NCBI GenBank assembly: GCA_048128005.1 | Contig: JBEUKZ010000016.1 | Coordinates: 1 to 64,000, forward strand | Direction: 5' to 3' | Length of the DNA stretch: 64,000 bases | DNA from: Veleropilina oligotropha | Lineage: Eukaryota | Shown: piece after piece, positions 14,401-25,229 of the stretch | Numbering within the stretch: the first letter of the stretch is position 1 | Layout of the letters: each line of letters begins with the position of its first letter | The notes under the pieces: generated by a model | Database searches by the model: none | Seen by the model: only the letters and a program-made list of their open reading frames with translations | Told to the model about the DNA's origin: nothing | Translations under genes and position numbers: made by a program

Positions 14401-14546
14401 TTAAAATATAAAAAATATTTTTTTAAATTTAGTATTTTTTTGCAATTTTTTTTTTTAAATTAAACTTTTTTATTCTTTTGTATTTTACGTCTTTTTTTTA
14501 TTTCGTTTATCTGATTGAAGCCCTCACAGCTGCTCGCAGCTTTAAT

Positions 14547-15950
14547 TTTGATTGTAATTCCTGAACATATGTCAGATCTTGGTGTATTTGTTTTGACAGC
14601 TTTATGTATTCTCTTTCCAGTGATTTAGTTAATAAAATAGTTTCATCCTTTGTGTTTTTATTTCTTTTTAAGGCATATTGTATAGCCAGGTTTTTAATTT
14701 TATACTTTAAGTTATCCCACCAGATTGATCTTTCTTTTTGTTGGAAAGGCTTTCTCAACTCTTGCTCAACCAGTTGCTCTACTTCATTACAAAACTCGTT
14801 ATCTTTTAGTAGAATGTTGTTGAATATCCAAACTCCTTTCCCCCTCTCCATGTTTCCAAGGTTCATTTGTAAAAACATTGGTTCATGGTCACTCGTGGAT
14901 ATATGCTTTACAAACACATTATTAACTGTACAAAATAATGATCTGCTTATAAAATAATAATCAATTCTTGATTGCTTAATATTATTAATTACAAATTGTC
15001 TTCTTGTGAATCCAATTTTGTCTGGATTTCTGTGTCTCCATAGATCTACTAAGTTATTTCATTTACACAAGTTCTGGATTTGTCTTCCTTAAAGGCCGGG
15101 AAATGTGACCCCCTGGTCAGGGGCTTGCCCGGTTCGTTAGGGGCGTAGCCTCATGTCGTTGGCTTTTCAAGCTGGCCTGTCTAGTGTGTTGGTGTTAATT
15201 GCTAAAATAAAACAACAATACTTTGTAATTGATTGCTAATTGCATTTCTTTTGTTACGAAGTTGTCAATCAAATTAGTAGCATTGCTGCAATAACTCATC
15301 AGCCAAGCATATGCTGCAGACACCGATGTGAACACGTTGGGGTCCTAATCACTAATGATCTCGGTTGTTGTTGTTGTTTGATTCGATTTTAACGAGGTCT
15401 TCCACGTTTTCCGTGATTTCAACCTCTTCTAATGATCTCGGACACGCCTGCCGCCTTTTATACCAACACTCCGGCCTTTAAATACCATATTCTTGGCGAT
15501 ATCAATGGGTAAAAATATTGTATTAAAATCACCTGCTAATATTATAGCATTGTCTTGGGGCATTTTATTAGAAACATAGTGAAAAAAACGTGCATTTATC
15601 CTTTGTTGAATTTGTTGCGTATATGTTTATTAGCTCAAATTCGGTATTATCATGTTCTACATGTACACGTAGATATCTACCATTGATATCCTTTTCTACC
15701 GTAGTAACATTTCCCATGAAATCTTTATTTACTAATATGACTACACCCCTTCGTCTTTAATTACCATCATTGCTAAACAATATTTTACCTCTTCAGTTTT
15801 TTTTATATTTGTGTTATAAATAAATCATCCCAAAACGTTTCTTGTAAGAGGGCAATATTTACATGATTTTCTTCGATATAGGCATATATATTTTCTATCT
15901 TCGGTGGGTCTCCCAGTCCATTTACATTTAAGGATAGTATATACACGATG
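14547..15950 (-). pseudogene. L1/Tx1-like LINE ORF2 AP-endonuclease region, disrupted
   Basis: ILSLNVNGL...LLQET, SRIDY, SDHEP and GKGVWIFNNILL motifs; interrupted at 15093-15477. Confidence 0.88.
15093..15477. mobile_element. Kolobok-like MITE
   Basis: TTAA on both sides; AGGCCGG...CCGGCCT termini; related copy at 32091. Confidence 0.75.
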
Positions 15951-16099
15951 GATATTAATATTATAATAATATACACTATGAATGTTCTACAACTTGCCTT
16001 CATTCTCTTCTGCCGCTGGGGCAAGGGTCATCGGTGCTTGAATATATTTCTCCTTGTCGGTATAATCCTCTTACGTATTATCTATCTGCAATCGCTCAT

Positions 16100-18029
16100 C
16101 AAGAATATGTTTCTTGTTATCTATTGTGTTTAAGCACTTTTCGATTTGTCTTTTCTTTTCAACTTGACTCTTTGAGGTATTTTTCGATTTATATATTTTG
16201 TTCAAATCATCTTTTCGAATATTCGGAGAAAATTTCATTTTGTTCCGCCTTGTCGGTTTTTTTCTTTTTTTTCTTTAATTAACAGTCCATCCGCCATCAT
16301 CAGTATTGTTGGTTTCTGGACACATTTCATCATCATGGTTCTCGTCGTTTAATTTCGCTTCATTACCGTTTAGTTGTCCTTCTTTATTTGCACTTTGTAT
16401 TACCGGTTTCCTTTCTGTGCATGTCCCTACTTCTGGGGTGTTTTCGGAATTCGCATCGCCTTGCGTCCAGGCAGGTTCTTTATTTCTTAAGCTCATTGCG
16501 CCGTCCTCGTGTTCAGTTTTCCTATTTAAATATTCCTGAAACGGGTCAATGGATCCAGATTCAATTGAATATTTTTCATCATTCATTTCGTCATATTCCG
16601 TATTTCCATTATTTTCCTCATCATAGTAATATTCGTTATATTCTTCACACTTACACATTTGTGGATATGAATAACAGTGTTCAAACTTAGCCGTTGTGCA
16701 GCGTACAGCAATATGCCCATACTCTTTGCACTTATAGCACTGCCCGTCGGGACAAACACTTTGTACATGATCAAATGATTTACATGAATAGCACTGTTTA
16801 TTTTGGTCATCGTGAATTACCATGCATTGCCTTTCTCCATTTGCAGCTTTTATTTTAACAATGTACGGAAGAGTAACTACATCGGGTGGAAACCGACACG
16901 AAAAGTATCTTATTCCACTCTCAACATCGGTTGATTTGATATATTTTCTTTTTATTTTTGATATTAATGTCACGCCATATGACTGGATTTTCTTTATAAA
17001 CCCCTAGGGATGATATCGCGTTGATATCACTCTTTTCCTACCTGATATGCTAATGAGATTTATAACAAGTAATACACTGATGATACTCTGCGTGATATCA
17101 CCATCAAATCTCGGCTAAGCCTCGATCTAATAGTGATATCACACCTCTACCATCAGTGTATTATTTAATATATAGAGGATATCGAACGAGTGTCCATTCC
17201 ATATGAGAATTATGAAACGAGTCGGGCACAATTTATGTACCAAGCCTTGGCGAGGTACATAAATTTGCTGACGAGTTTCATAATTCTCATATGAAATGGA
17301 CACAAGTTTCATATCTTCTTTATCACATGACTTTATTTACCTTTAAACTTATTTTATTGCGTTTTTAAACGCATTTCTTTACGTTTTAAAACTGATTTCT
17401 GTCAGTACTTTCAGCCATAAATTGCCATTGCCTCAGACGCATCACGCATCGAAAGCACGCGCCACGCCAGTACGCCAATAAAAACTAGTTCAACGTCAGT
17501 CATCGACGAGTCAACGCGTATGAATTATTCAATATGTTAATGAGGGTGATACGCCGCCTAATCAACTTGGCGCCAGATGCGATGACCGGGCGTCATGTTC
17601 GCCCTCATTTGCATACATATGAGACGTGTCTTTTGTTTCGAAATTTATGGAACGGCTTGTTCCGTTCCATAACAGCTTTGTCATGTGATAAATAATGATA
17701 TTGTCTTCAATATACGCTGGAACATTGAATATGGACACGGTTAATGTGTCTGTAGACACACTTTTCACTTCACAATCATTGCAGTGAATTCCGAATCCTT
17801 CGATTAGAAGGTTAGCAGCCTCGTTTGTACCGAGTGTTACCTCGTAGCAATCAGCAGATTGGGGCATGCACGCATAGACTTGTCCCAGTCCACTGATTTC
17901 CTCAACCGCTCCAATGATGTCTGTAGCTGACACCTTTTTATTATCGTGTACTTTGATTACAACTGTTGCTTCTTTGCTATAAACACGATTGTTAATTGTC
18001 TTATTTATATGTCCGACTCGAGAAGCCAT
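16100..18029 (-). pseudogene. L1/Tx1-like LINE ORF1 (zinc-knuckle gag-like), split by an insertion
   Basis: ATG at 18029 (MASRVG...); CYSCKSFDHVQSVC and CYKCKEYGHIAVRC CCHC knuckles; frame restored across 16999-17692 (IEDNII|IKKIQSYGV). Confidence 0.82.
16999..17692. mobile_element. Insertion of hairpin-bearing non-autonomous element(s), possibly Crypton-like
   Basis: Interrupts LINE ORF1; long imperfect hairpins at ~17070-17165 and ~17175-17320; ttatcacatgac/gtcatgtgataa inverted pair. Confidence 0.6.
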
Positions 18030-18349
18030 ATTGGCTCTCGTTCTTTGTGGCCAGATGGCCAAAATAAATGTCTCTTTATATGCAATCGGCGGAAAGTTCA
18101 CGAAATTACATATGCTGTTGGTTAGCCAATAAGCTAACAAAAGGTAGCACAATTGTTGGTACTCACCCTCTGATATGTTTTCTGATATCACGGAAATGTA
18201 TAATATGTTAGACAGCAAGTGGAGAGAAGTCCATTGATTCCTACATGATGAACTGTCACATCCGGGGCTTTTCAAGATTGGAGTCTATGGTATGTATAAC
18301 TGCATATATAAATATGACATTTGAAAAGAAAATAGTGTAGAAAATAAGT

Positions 18350-18431
18350 GGCTGTGAGCAGGGTTCGAACCTGCGCATGAATTTCCCATTGGATTTCAGG
18401 TCCAACGCCTTAACGACTCGGCCATCACAGC
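18350..18431 (-). pseudogene. tRNA-Ser(TGA) pseudogene
   Basis: Same body as the 3947 copy but U33>C plus D-loop, variable-arm and discriminator changes. Confidence 0.8.
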
Positions 18432-18790
18432 TAGCAGGTATAGCTTTAATGAGTTTAAATATCACTATTTCCATAAAGCTTAGCGATTAAGCGGGTGTGT
18501 TATAATATTCTAGACAAGCGGTGAGAAGTCCATTTTTGAATTCGAACGAACCTTTTGATTCGTTGATCAAAGAGGCTTCAAAGTCATTGCAACTGAAAAA
18601 CAAACTGCTGACATATCATGTGTGACGTATTGACAGTTTCTTCTCATAGACACAAATTAGCCGTGTGGTTTTGCAATCATTAAAATAAAAGTTGAAATCA
18701 AAGAAGGACAATTAACCCAATGTGAATGGATTACCATCTGTACATAGGTTCTGGTAAGGACGAAGGTTTCATACCCCTGCGACTGGAGAG

Positions 18791-19122
18791 TGGTGGGTTG
18801 TGGTGGCTCAGTGGGTTGTTCACAGGACTCTGGCCACAGAGTCTCGAGTTCGCCCCCAAGGCTCGACGATTTCACTTGGGCAAGGAAATAAGCATATATT
18901 TGCCTCGGTCCACCCAGCCGATCTGAATGGGTACCTGGTTGGCAGTTATGTAAGTCACGGCGCTACCCGCGTGTAAATGACTGTAATGCTCCCAGAGGGA
19001 GTTGAGATGGCATATCGAGTGGAAAAGGCCCATAACCAGGGGTAATAATGTTCAGCGCATTGAGACACTAGCGTAATAATGCGCTATATAAGACCGGAGT
19101 ATTATTATTATTATTATTATTT
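18791..19122 (+). mobile_element. tRNA-derived SINE
   Basis: A-box-like tggctcagtgg, B-box-like gagttcgcccc, central gtccacccagc...aatgggtacc block, (ATT)n tail. Confidence 0.75.
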
Positions 19123-19537
19123 GTGGGGGGTTGTTCTTTTATAACTTCTATGACTGGAGAGTTCGCATAAACAGTGCTGTTTTCAACAATAGCAAATGGG
19201 TTATTGTGTATATTGTATATAATTTTTGATAAAACGACAGTGAATGCATAACCATGTATTTATTTATATGCTTATCAATATAGGTATTATTATATGGGAC
19301 CATAAACGTTACATAAGTACAATATTATCAAAATAGTATGTCATTTTATCTTGCTGAATATAAAGTTATTTAGACTTTAGTAGGTTTTGGGAGCATATGT
19401 CCAGTGTGCAGATAAAATATTTTGGTTATTATAATTACTTCAACTCAATAAAAAATAGTTGGAACTAATGAACAGTAACAATAATTGGGTTGTTATGAAA
19501 ATAGCCAAAAAGATTGTCCATTGCGCAAAAAATTTAT

Positions 19538-19619
19538 CGCTGTGAGCAGGGTTCGAACCTGCGCGGGAATTTCCCATTGGATTTCAAGTCCAACGCCTTA
19601 ACCACTCGGCCATCACAGC
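19538..19619 (-). tRNA. tRNA-Ser(TGA), intact
   Basis: Identical to the 3947 copy; T5 run downstream. Confidence 0.93.
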
Positions 19620-20911
19620 GCACATATATGTTATTAATGTATATTACTATTTCTACAAAGCTTAGCAAGGCGACAGCCGGTGAGAAACGGATTTTTGCAA
19701 TGGAAACCACGTGAAATGTCGACGTATAAATCATGGTTAATCAATAATTGCAACGAGCCAAAGAAGTTGAATGACTGTCACATTTATTGCCGTAGATTCG
19801 TGCAAGTGTCTATTTCAGCTTAAAATTGTGGACAATAAATTAAAGCCCCTTTCCCACATACACGATGTTTGTTACGATGCAGCACGATTTTTCAATTATA
19901 TATAGTTACAAACATACTTACGTCCTTACTCTTGCCATAATAGTATATTATCGCCCAAACCGGAAATGGTGAATATGTCCCATAATGCACCGTTATAAGC
20001 CAAAAAAGCACACGGTTACCTCCCCTGCTCCTACCCCCCACGTTCCCTAGCGAGACTTCGCCAAGTCTCGTGAGACTTCTGAACAATAGAAGTCACATGA
20101 CATCAATTCAAAGTTTTCCGCTGTCGCGGAAAGACGTTGTTTTTGCTCCGCAAATATTTCGATATAGGCGCCCGATTTCACGTTAAATCAGGGCGCAGTT
20201 TCTACTTAATATAAGTAGTGGAATATAACAGTGTTGTGGATATGAAACACATGTGAATATAGAAGAGTGATTCTCAAACTTCGGATCGTCGTCAAGGACG
20301 CCAAAGTTCTGGACATCAAAAGAAAACAGACATCGTCGTCAAGGACGCCAGTGGCCATTAAAGATGGCCGCTTAGAGGGAAAATTTTCGAGTGGTAGCTG
20401 AAATTTCTGGTCTGTATAATTATCTGATATTGTTTGAGACTGCAAACAGGTAACTCATTATATTGGATAATTCCTTAACAACGCTATTTGCTGGTTATTT
20501 ATTATATATATAAAAAATTTTCTAGCGTTGTTAAAAAGGCAGGATCTTTTGATATTAAGCTTGCGTTAATTTTCTGATATCCTGCCGTTGCTGGGATAAT
20601 ACGCCATTGTACTAACTTAAAACATCCACGAGGTTTTCAGGTGTTTTTCTGGGCGGGTTTTTTCGAGGAAAGAACCCCCCTTTGTTTTAGTCAATTTGCC
20701 GGGTTACCGGGTCGGTCGGGTAAAATACCCGACCTCGGTGTTCCCAGTTCGGGGTTCTAATAACGGTATATCGCTTGATCTCTAATCTTCAGATCAGGAC
20801 AATTCTGTGAGTTGTCGTAGTACTCCCTCCAAGGAAAGAAGTCTCAACTACCATATATATACCTATTTATCTACCCCGTCTACCCACGTCCACCCTCCCG
20901 TGTATTTAGCT

Positions 20912-23155
20912 ATGGTCCGGTGCAGTAGCTCCGGGTGTAACCAGAAAATTCACGCATTTGATAGGCACAAGGAATGTTGTAAACACCGTAGCTGTAGTAT
21001 ACATCATCAATGTGATCTGTGCTTTCTTCTATCAGATAAGCAGTGGGCAACCCTGTCTCACCACGGTAAGTCGACCAGGGCGACTGCCACGGTGGGTCCT
21101 CCCGTGGAGAAGGGTCATGAAGAGACCGGTAAGTTACCTAACGTTTCTTCTTTGTCTGCTTCAGGGACGCTGGACGACAGCCGACAGACGTCTGTCGCCG
21201 GATCCACCGGCGAAACCTCCGCGACTCTTGGGAGAGTCACCGAAACCTTGCCGGTACCCCAGATTCAGGTAAAGACCCGAGTGTCGACCGTTCCTCCACA
21301 ACTGGGCCTAGTAACTGCAGTCAGCCATACCTTGCCGGCTAGCAAGGTATACATGACAGCGCAGCGAACAGCTGAACAGGGCAGACTATCCCCATCCTTT
21401 TCTTCGGCCTCGAAGAATAAGGGGACAGTTAGTCCTTCTGCGGGAAACTCACCGTCTTCCTACGGTGACAGACCCAATGCAGAGAAAGCCTTTAAAGAGG
21501 CCGGGCACCTACTTGTAGGTCTAAGACTCGGACAATCGGCGAAACCTGAATCCTCGGTCGAGAACGATGCGACTTCCCCTAGGGGTTTTCCGCTCAACCT
21601 CGAAGCTCACGAGACATTCAGAGGGCCCGGTCTCTCCCGTGCACCCACCGTGGTCACGCTAGAGAACGTGGACAGACCGGCTGCGTTCGGGACGGGGTTC
21701 TACGGCGGTTTTCCGTCCGTGCCTCGCTCGAACAGAGTGGTAGACCGATCAGAACTGTTGCCGCAGTCCTATCGGTCGTCCGGCCCACTGACTGCGCCTC
21801 CGGGCCAGTCCTTCGGGTTCGACCCCTCGACAAGTGCCCGTGGACCCTGGTCCTCGGTTCGACCTGTCAATGCAGCCCGTCTACCTAGCGCCACGGTTAC
21901 CTCGACAGAACTACCGGCTGTTAGTTCGTCGCCCGTCCTGCCTCCGGGTTTCTCTTTTGAGAACGTCCAGGCATGGATCGCGGCGGGGATCGAGGAACGG
22001 TGTAAGGCCTGGCCGACGGCTCCCGAGCCGCACCTGGTACCTACACTTCTGCCCATGGCGCAGAGCACGGCTCCTGCCTCAGTGATAGACATCGACCCTC
22101 GTTCCAACGAGGATCTCTGTTCAAATCACTCCGACCTCCCTGAATCGGTCGGGTCCGAAGACATTAGTCTTACAGGCACGCAGGAGCCGACCTCCTCCAC
22201 CCGCCGAAGGCTCGACGCTGTTGCGTCACTTCGCGGGGTGCTTGGCTTGTCGGAACCGACTCGGTCGGCTGTAGACGTAGCCAAGCATAGGACGGCAGCA
22301 CATCGGTTTGTTGCGAGGGAAGCCCCCGAGCTCCCCTCCTTACCTCAGTCCGGGCTGGTGGATCTTGTTGTAGACTCGATCACCAAGCTCGTTCAGGGGC
22401 GCAATCCGGTGGAGTCCTCCCCGCTGAACGAGTTCCCTTCGGGGTTCCGTAGTGGGAGGTACCTCCGGGCCAGTACTCGAGCGATCCCGTTCGAATGCAC
22501 TGGCCCGTGCCTGGCGACTGAGCCGGCTCGTGTTGACGCTTCGTTGCGTCGACTGACCGCCAGTCACCCTCCCTCCGTAGCGAAAGTTCCTTGGTCCGCC
22601 TTGGAAGCTTTCGAGAGCTCCGCCCGACGGGCTCTGCGGCTATCGTCCGTTCAGGATTTTTTCCTAGACGGTGCGATAGCCGTATTACAGGAGAATGGAC
22701 CCGGCGCCACCGAGGCTGCCCTGTCCTTCCTCCAGGAGGTTGCTGCCACGCAGGAGACCAGCGCGTTGGAGACGGGACGTGTCCTGGGCAATGCCCTCCT
22801 ACTTCGTAGGGATGCTTGCCTGGAAGGTACCTCGCTGGACGAGCCCACCCGGCGCTCGTTGCGATGCGTACCTTGCTCGGCCACCACTCTCTTTGGTGAC
22901 AACTTCACGGAGTTTGTTGACAAGAGAGCGGCGGACATTAAGGACCGTGCCATCGAGAAGGCAGTACTGCTCCCCACCCGGGGTCCACCTGCCAACTCGA
23001 AGAAGCGCTCCGGGCCCACCCCGGCCCCGAAGCCTTCTAAGCGTGCGAAGCCCTCTTCGGGTGGTAGGCCTCCGGCCAATAAACCCACTCCAAAGAGGCG
23101 AGCACCTCCAGCAAAATCCCGCAAGCAGAGCGGGATAGGGAAGCCTCGGCCCTAG
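20912..23155 (+). CDS. DIRS ORF1, gag-like
   Basis: First ATG at 20912; N-terminal Cys/His cluster (C..C...D.H..C..H..C.....C..C), low-complexity middle, LLRRDA.L and LFG motifs, basic tail. Confidence 0.85.
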   Translation: MVRCSSSGCNQKIHAFDRHKECCKHRSCSIHHQCDLCFLLSDKQWATLSHHGKSTRATATVGPPVEKGHEETGKLPNVSSLSASGTLDDSRQTSVAGSTGETSATLGRVTETLPVPQIQVKTRVSTVPPQLGLVTAVSHTLPASKVYMTAQRTAEQGRLSPSFSSASKNKGTVSPSAGNSPSSYGDRPNAEKAFKEAGHLLVGLRLGQSAKPESSVENDATSPRGFPLNLEAHETFRGPGLSRAPTVVTLENVDRPAAFGTGFYGGFPSVPRSNRVVDRSELLPQSYRSSGPLTAPPGQSFGFDPSTSARGPWSSVRPVNAARLPSATVTSTELPAVSSSPVLPPGFSFENVQAWIAAGIEERCKAWPTAPEPHLVPTLLPMAQSTAPASVIDIDPRSNEDLCSNHSDLPESVGSEDISLTGTQEPTSSTRRRLDAVASLRGVLGLSEPTRSAVDVAKHRTAAHRFVAREAPELPSLPQSGLVDLVVDSITKLVQGRNPVESSPLNEFPSGFRSGRYLRASTRAIPFECTGPCLATEPARVDASLRRLTASHPPSVAKVPWSALEAFESSARRALRLSSVQDFFLDGAIAVLQENGPGATEAALSFLQEVAATQETSALETGRVLGNALLLRRDACLEGTSLDEPTRRSLRCVPCSATTLFGDNFTEFVDKRAADIKDRAIEKAVLLPTRGPPANSKKRSGPTPAPKPSKRAKPSSGGRPPANKPTPKRRAPPAKSRKQSGIGKPRP

Positions 23156-25229
23156 GGCTGCCGGCATTCGCGACGGCCCCAGTTGCCCGCTCCCGCCGGT
23201 GGGAGCGTGCCTGTTAGCACACAGCCAGCCCTGGCTAGAGCTGACAGACAGCAACTGGGTCCACTTAGTCGTGAGTGCCGGATACAAGTTGGCATTCAAC
23301 CGGCATCCGACCCTAACCGAGGCACCACCAACAAGACACGCTCGCCTCCTAAACGGAGAAAAACAAGCGGTCTTAGACCAGGCAGTGCGGGATTTGCTCC
23401 TAAAAAGAGCGATATATCCCGCGCCGCCCAGCACACCAGGATTTTACAGCCATTTCTTCCTGGTCCCGAAACCCGATGGCCGCTGGAGACCGATCCTCGA
23501 TCTCTCGTACCTAAACCTATATCTTCGTACCGAGAAATTCCAGCAAGAAACCCTCTCGAAGATTCGAGCGGCCATCCGTCCGGGCGACTGGGCAGCGTCT
23601 ATCGATCTCGCCGACGCGTATCTGCATGTCCCGATGCATATCACGGCTCATCAGTACCTTCGGTTTATACACGGGGAGACGATCTACCAATTCAGGTGCC
23701 TACCGTTCGGTCTATCGTCAGCCCCGTACGTCTTCACGAGAACAGTACAGGCCCTGGGGGCCTTCCTACACTCTCTAGGGCACAGGGTACATATGTACCT
23801 CGACGACTGGCTGATCCTCGGGGCGTCCCGAGATCTGTGCCTCCGGTCTACGAGCTTTACCCTGTCATCGACGAAGCGCCTGGGATTTCAGATCAACGAG
23901 ACAAAATCCTGCTTCGTGCCCTCGACGACGTTTACGTTCCTCGGAGTCGACTTCGATACGGTCCGGTACACCGCGAAGCCGACCCAGAAGCGTATGCGGA
24001 ACCTACGCGCGGTTATCCAAGACACCCTGTCATCGGACATAACTACGGCGCGACAACTGGCCACTGTCCTGGGGCACATCGAGTCGGTAGCGCCCCTGCT
24101 ACCGACGGGTCGCATGGACAAAAGACCGTTACAACAGGCTTTCAGGGATCGCTGGATACAACGGACGGGGCAGTGGAAGGATCGCATCGATCTACGGCAT
24201 TGGTTTACCGACACGACAGCAGTGTGGTTGAACCCCGCTTTGCCGGACCAGTCGGTTCCTATATCCCCACCAGAGCCGAACGCTTACCTGTTCACAGACG
24301 CTTCGAACGACGGCTGGGGTGGTCACCTCGACAGTTACGAGACATCAGGCCTATGGCCGACAGACCTTCAGGGACGACATATCAACTTCCTAGAGTTAGA
24401 AGCCGTCTTCCTGTCAGTACGGTCCCTCTCGTCACATCTCCGCAACAAGCATATAATGCTCGCCACGGACAACACGACTGTCGTCGCTTACATACAGCAC
24501 CAGGGCGGTACACGCTCGCGTCCCCTATGCGACCGAGCAATAGACCTACACCGCTTAGTGATGTCCCTCAACTCGACGATTCGAGCCCGACACATCCCGG
24601 GAAAGCTGAATGTCAGAGCGGATTCGCTCTCTCGGAGATCACAGATAATACACACAGAGTGGACGCTACACAGCCGAGTAGCTCGGGATGTTTGCCGCCG
24701 GTGGTCGCAACCCCAAGTCGACTTGTTTGCAACAGAATTCAATTACCGACTACCTCTGTATGTCTCCCCGTACCCAGACCCGGCCGCCCTGGCGGTCGAC
24801 GCAATGTCAATGACATGGGAGAATCTGTCCGCGTATGCCTTCCCCCCGACGTGCATTCTATCACTGGTATTACAGAAGGCAGCGACCGAACGTTGCGAGA
24901 TAACGCTAATAGCGCCCCTTTATCGCACGCAACCTTGGTTTCCGACCCTCCTCGATCTGATCGTCGATCGACCGTTAGCGTTACCGCAGAAACTAGACCT
25001 GTTAATGCAACCACGCACCCGTGTACTCCACGAGTCGCCGAACCACTTACGTTTACACGCCTGGCGGTTATCGAACGATCCCTTGCTAAGAAAGGATTTT
25101 CTAAAGCTACAGCCTTACGTATCTATCGATCGAGAAGGATTTCCACTACAAAAGTCTATGACTACCGATGGGTTAAGTACGTGGATTGGTGTCACAGCAG
25201 GCAGATCAATATACTCCGTCCCCCTGTGA
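23139..25229 (+). CDS. DIRS reverse transcriptase / RNase H / methyltransferase-like ORF, no upstream ATG
   Basis: GFYSHFFLVPK, DLADAY, LPFGL, YLDD, FTDAS, HINFLELEAV, TDN, DLFA and YAFPP motifs; frame is open from 23139. Confidence 0.95.
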   Translation, partial: GSLGPRAAGIRDGPSCPLPPVGACLLAHSQPWLELTDSNWVHLVVSAGYKLAFNRHPTLTEAPPTRHARLLNGEKQAVLDQAVRDLLLKRAIYPAPPSTPGFYSHFFLVPKPDGRWRPILDLSYLNLYLRTEKFQQETLSKIRAAIRPGDWAASIDLADAYLHVPMHITAHQYLRFIHGETIYQFRCLPFGLSSAPYVFTRTVQALGAFLHSLGHRVHMYLDDWLILGASRDLCLRSTSFTLSSTKRLGFQINETKSCFVPSTTFTFLGVDFDTVRYTAKPTQKRMRNLRAVIQDTLSSDITTARQLATVLGHIESVAPLLPTGRMDKRPLQQAFRDRWIQRTGQWKDRIDLRHWFTDTTAVWLNPALPDQSVPISPPEPNAYLFTDASNDGWGGHLDSYETSGLWPTDLQGRHINFLELEAVFLSVRSLSSHLRNKHIMLATDNTTVVAYIQHQGGTRSRPLCDRAIDLHRLVMSLNSTIRARHIPGKLNVRADSLSRRSQIIHTEWTLHSRVARDVCRRWSQPQVDLFATEFNYRLPLYVSPYPDPAALAVDAMSMTWENLSAYAFPPTCILSLVLQKAATERCEITLIAPLYRTQPWFPTLLDLIVDRPLALPQKLDLLMQPRTRVLHESPNHLRLHAWRLSNDPLLRKDFLKLQPYVSIDREGFPLQKSMTTDGLSTWIGVTAGRSIYSVPL

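Larger units (their letters stand above)
4782..14546 (+). mobile_element. Helentron/HINE-like non-autonomous rolling-circle element, ~9.8 kb
   Basis: 5' agggcttcaa...ttgaagccct inverted pair then an attattct microsatellite; internal tandem repeats; 3' ttgaagccct subTIR plus AGCTGC-TC-GCAGCT hairpin; inserted in a T-run, and removal restores the LINE (QELQSKL|DII). Confidence 0.8.

Noticed and set aside
21769..25014. Antisense and alternative-frame ORFs within the DIRS element
   Set aside because: Expected shadows of GC-rich coding sequence, with no recognisable motifs
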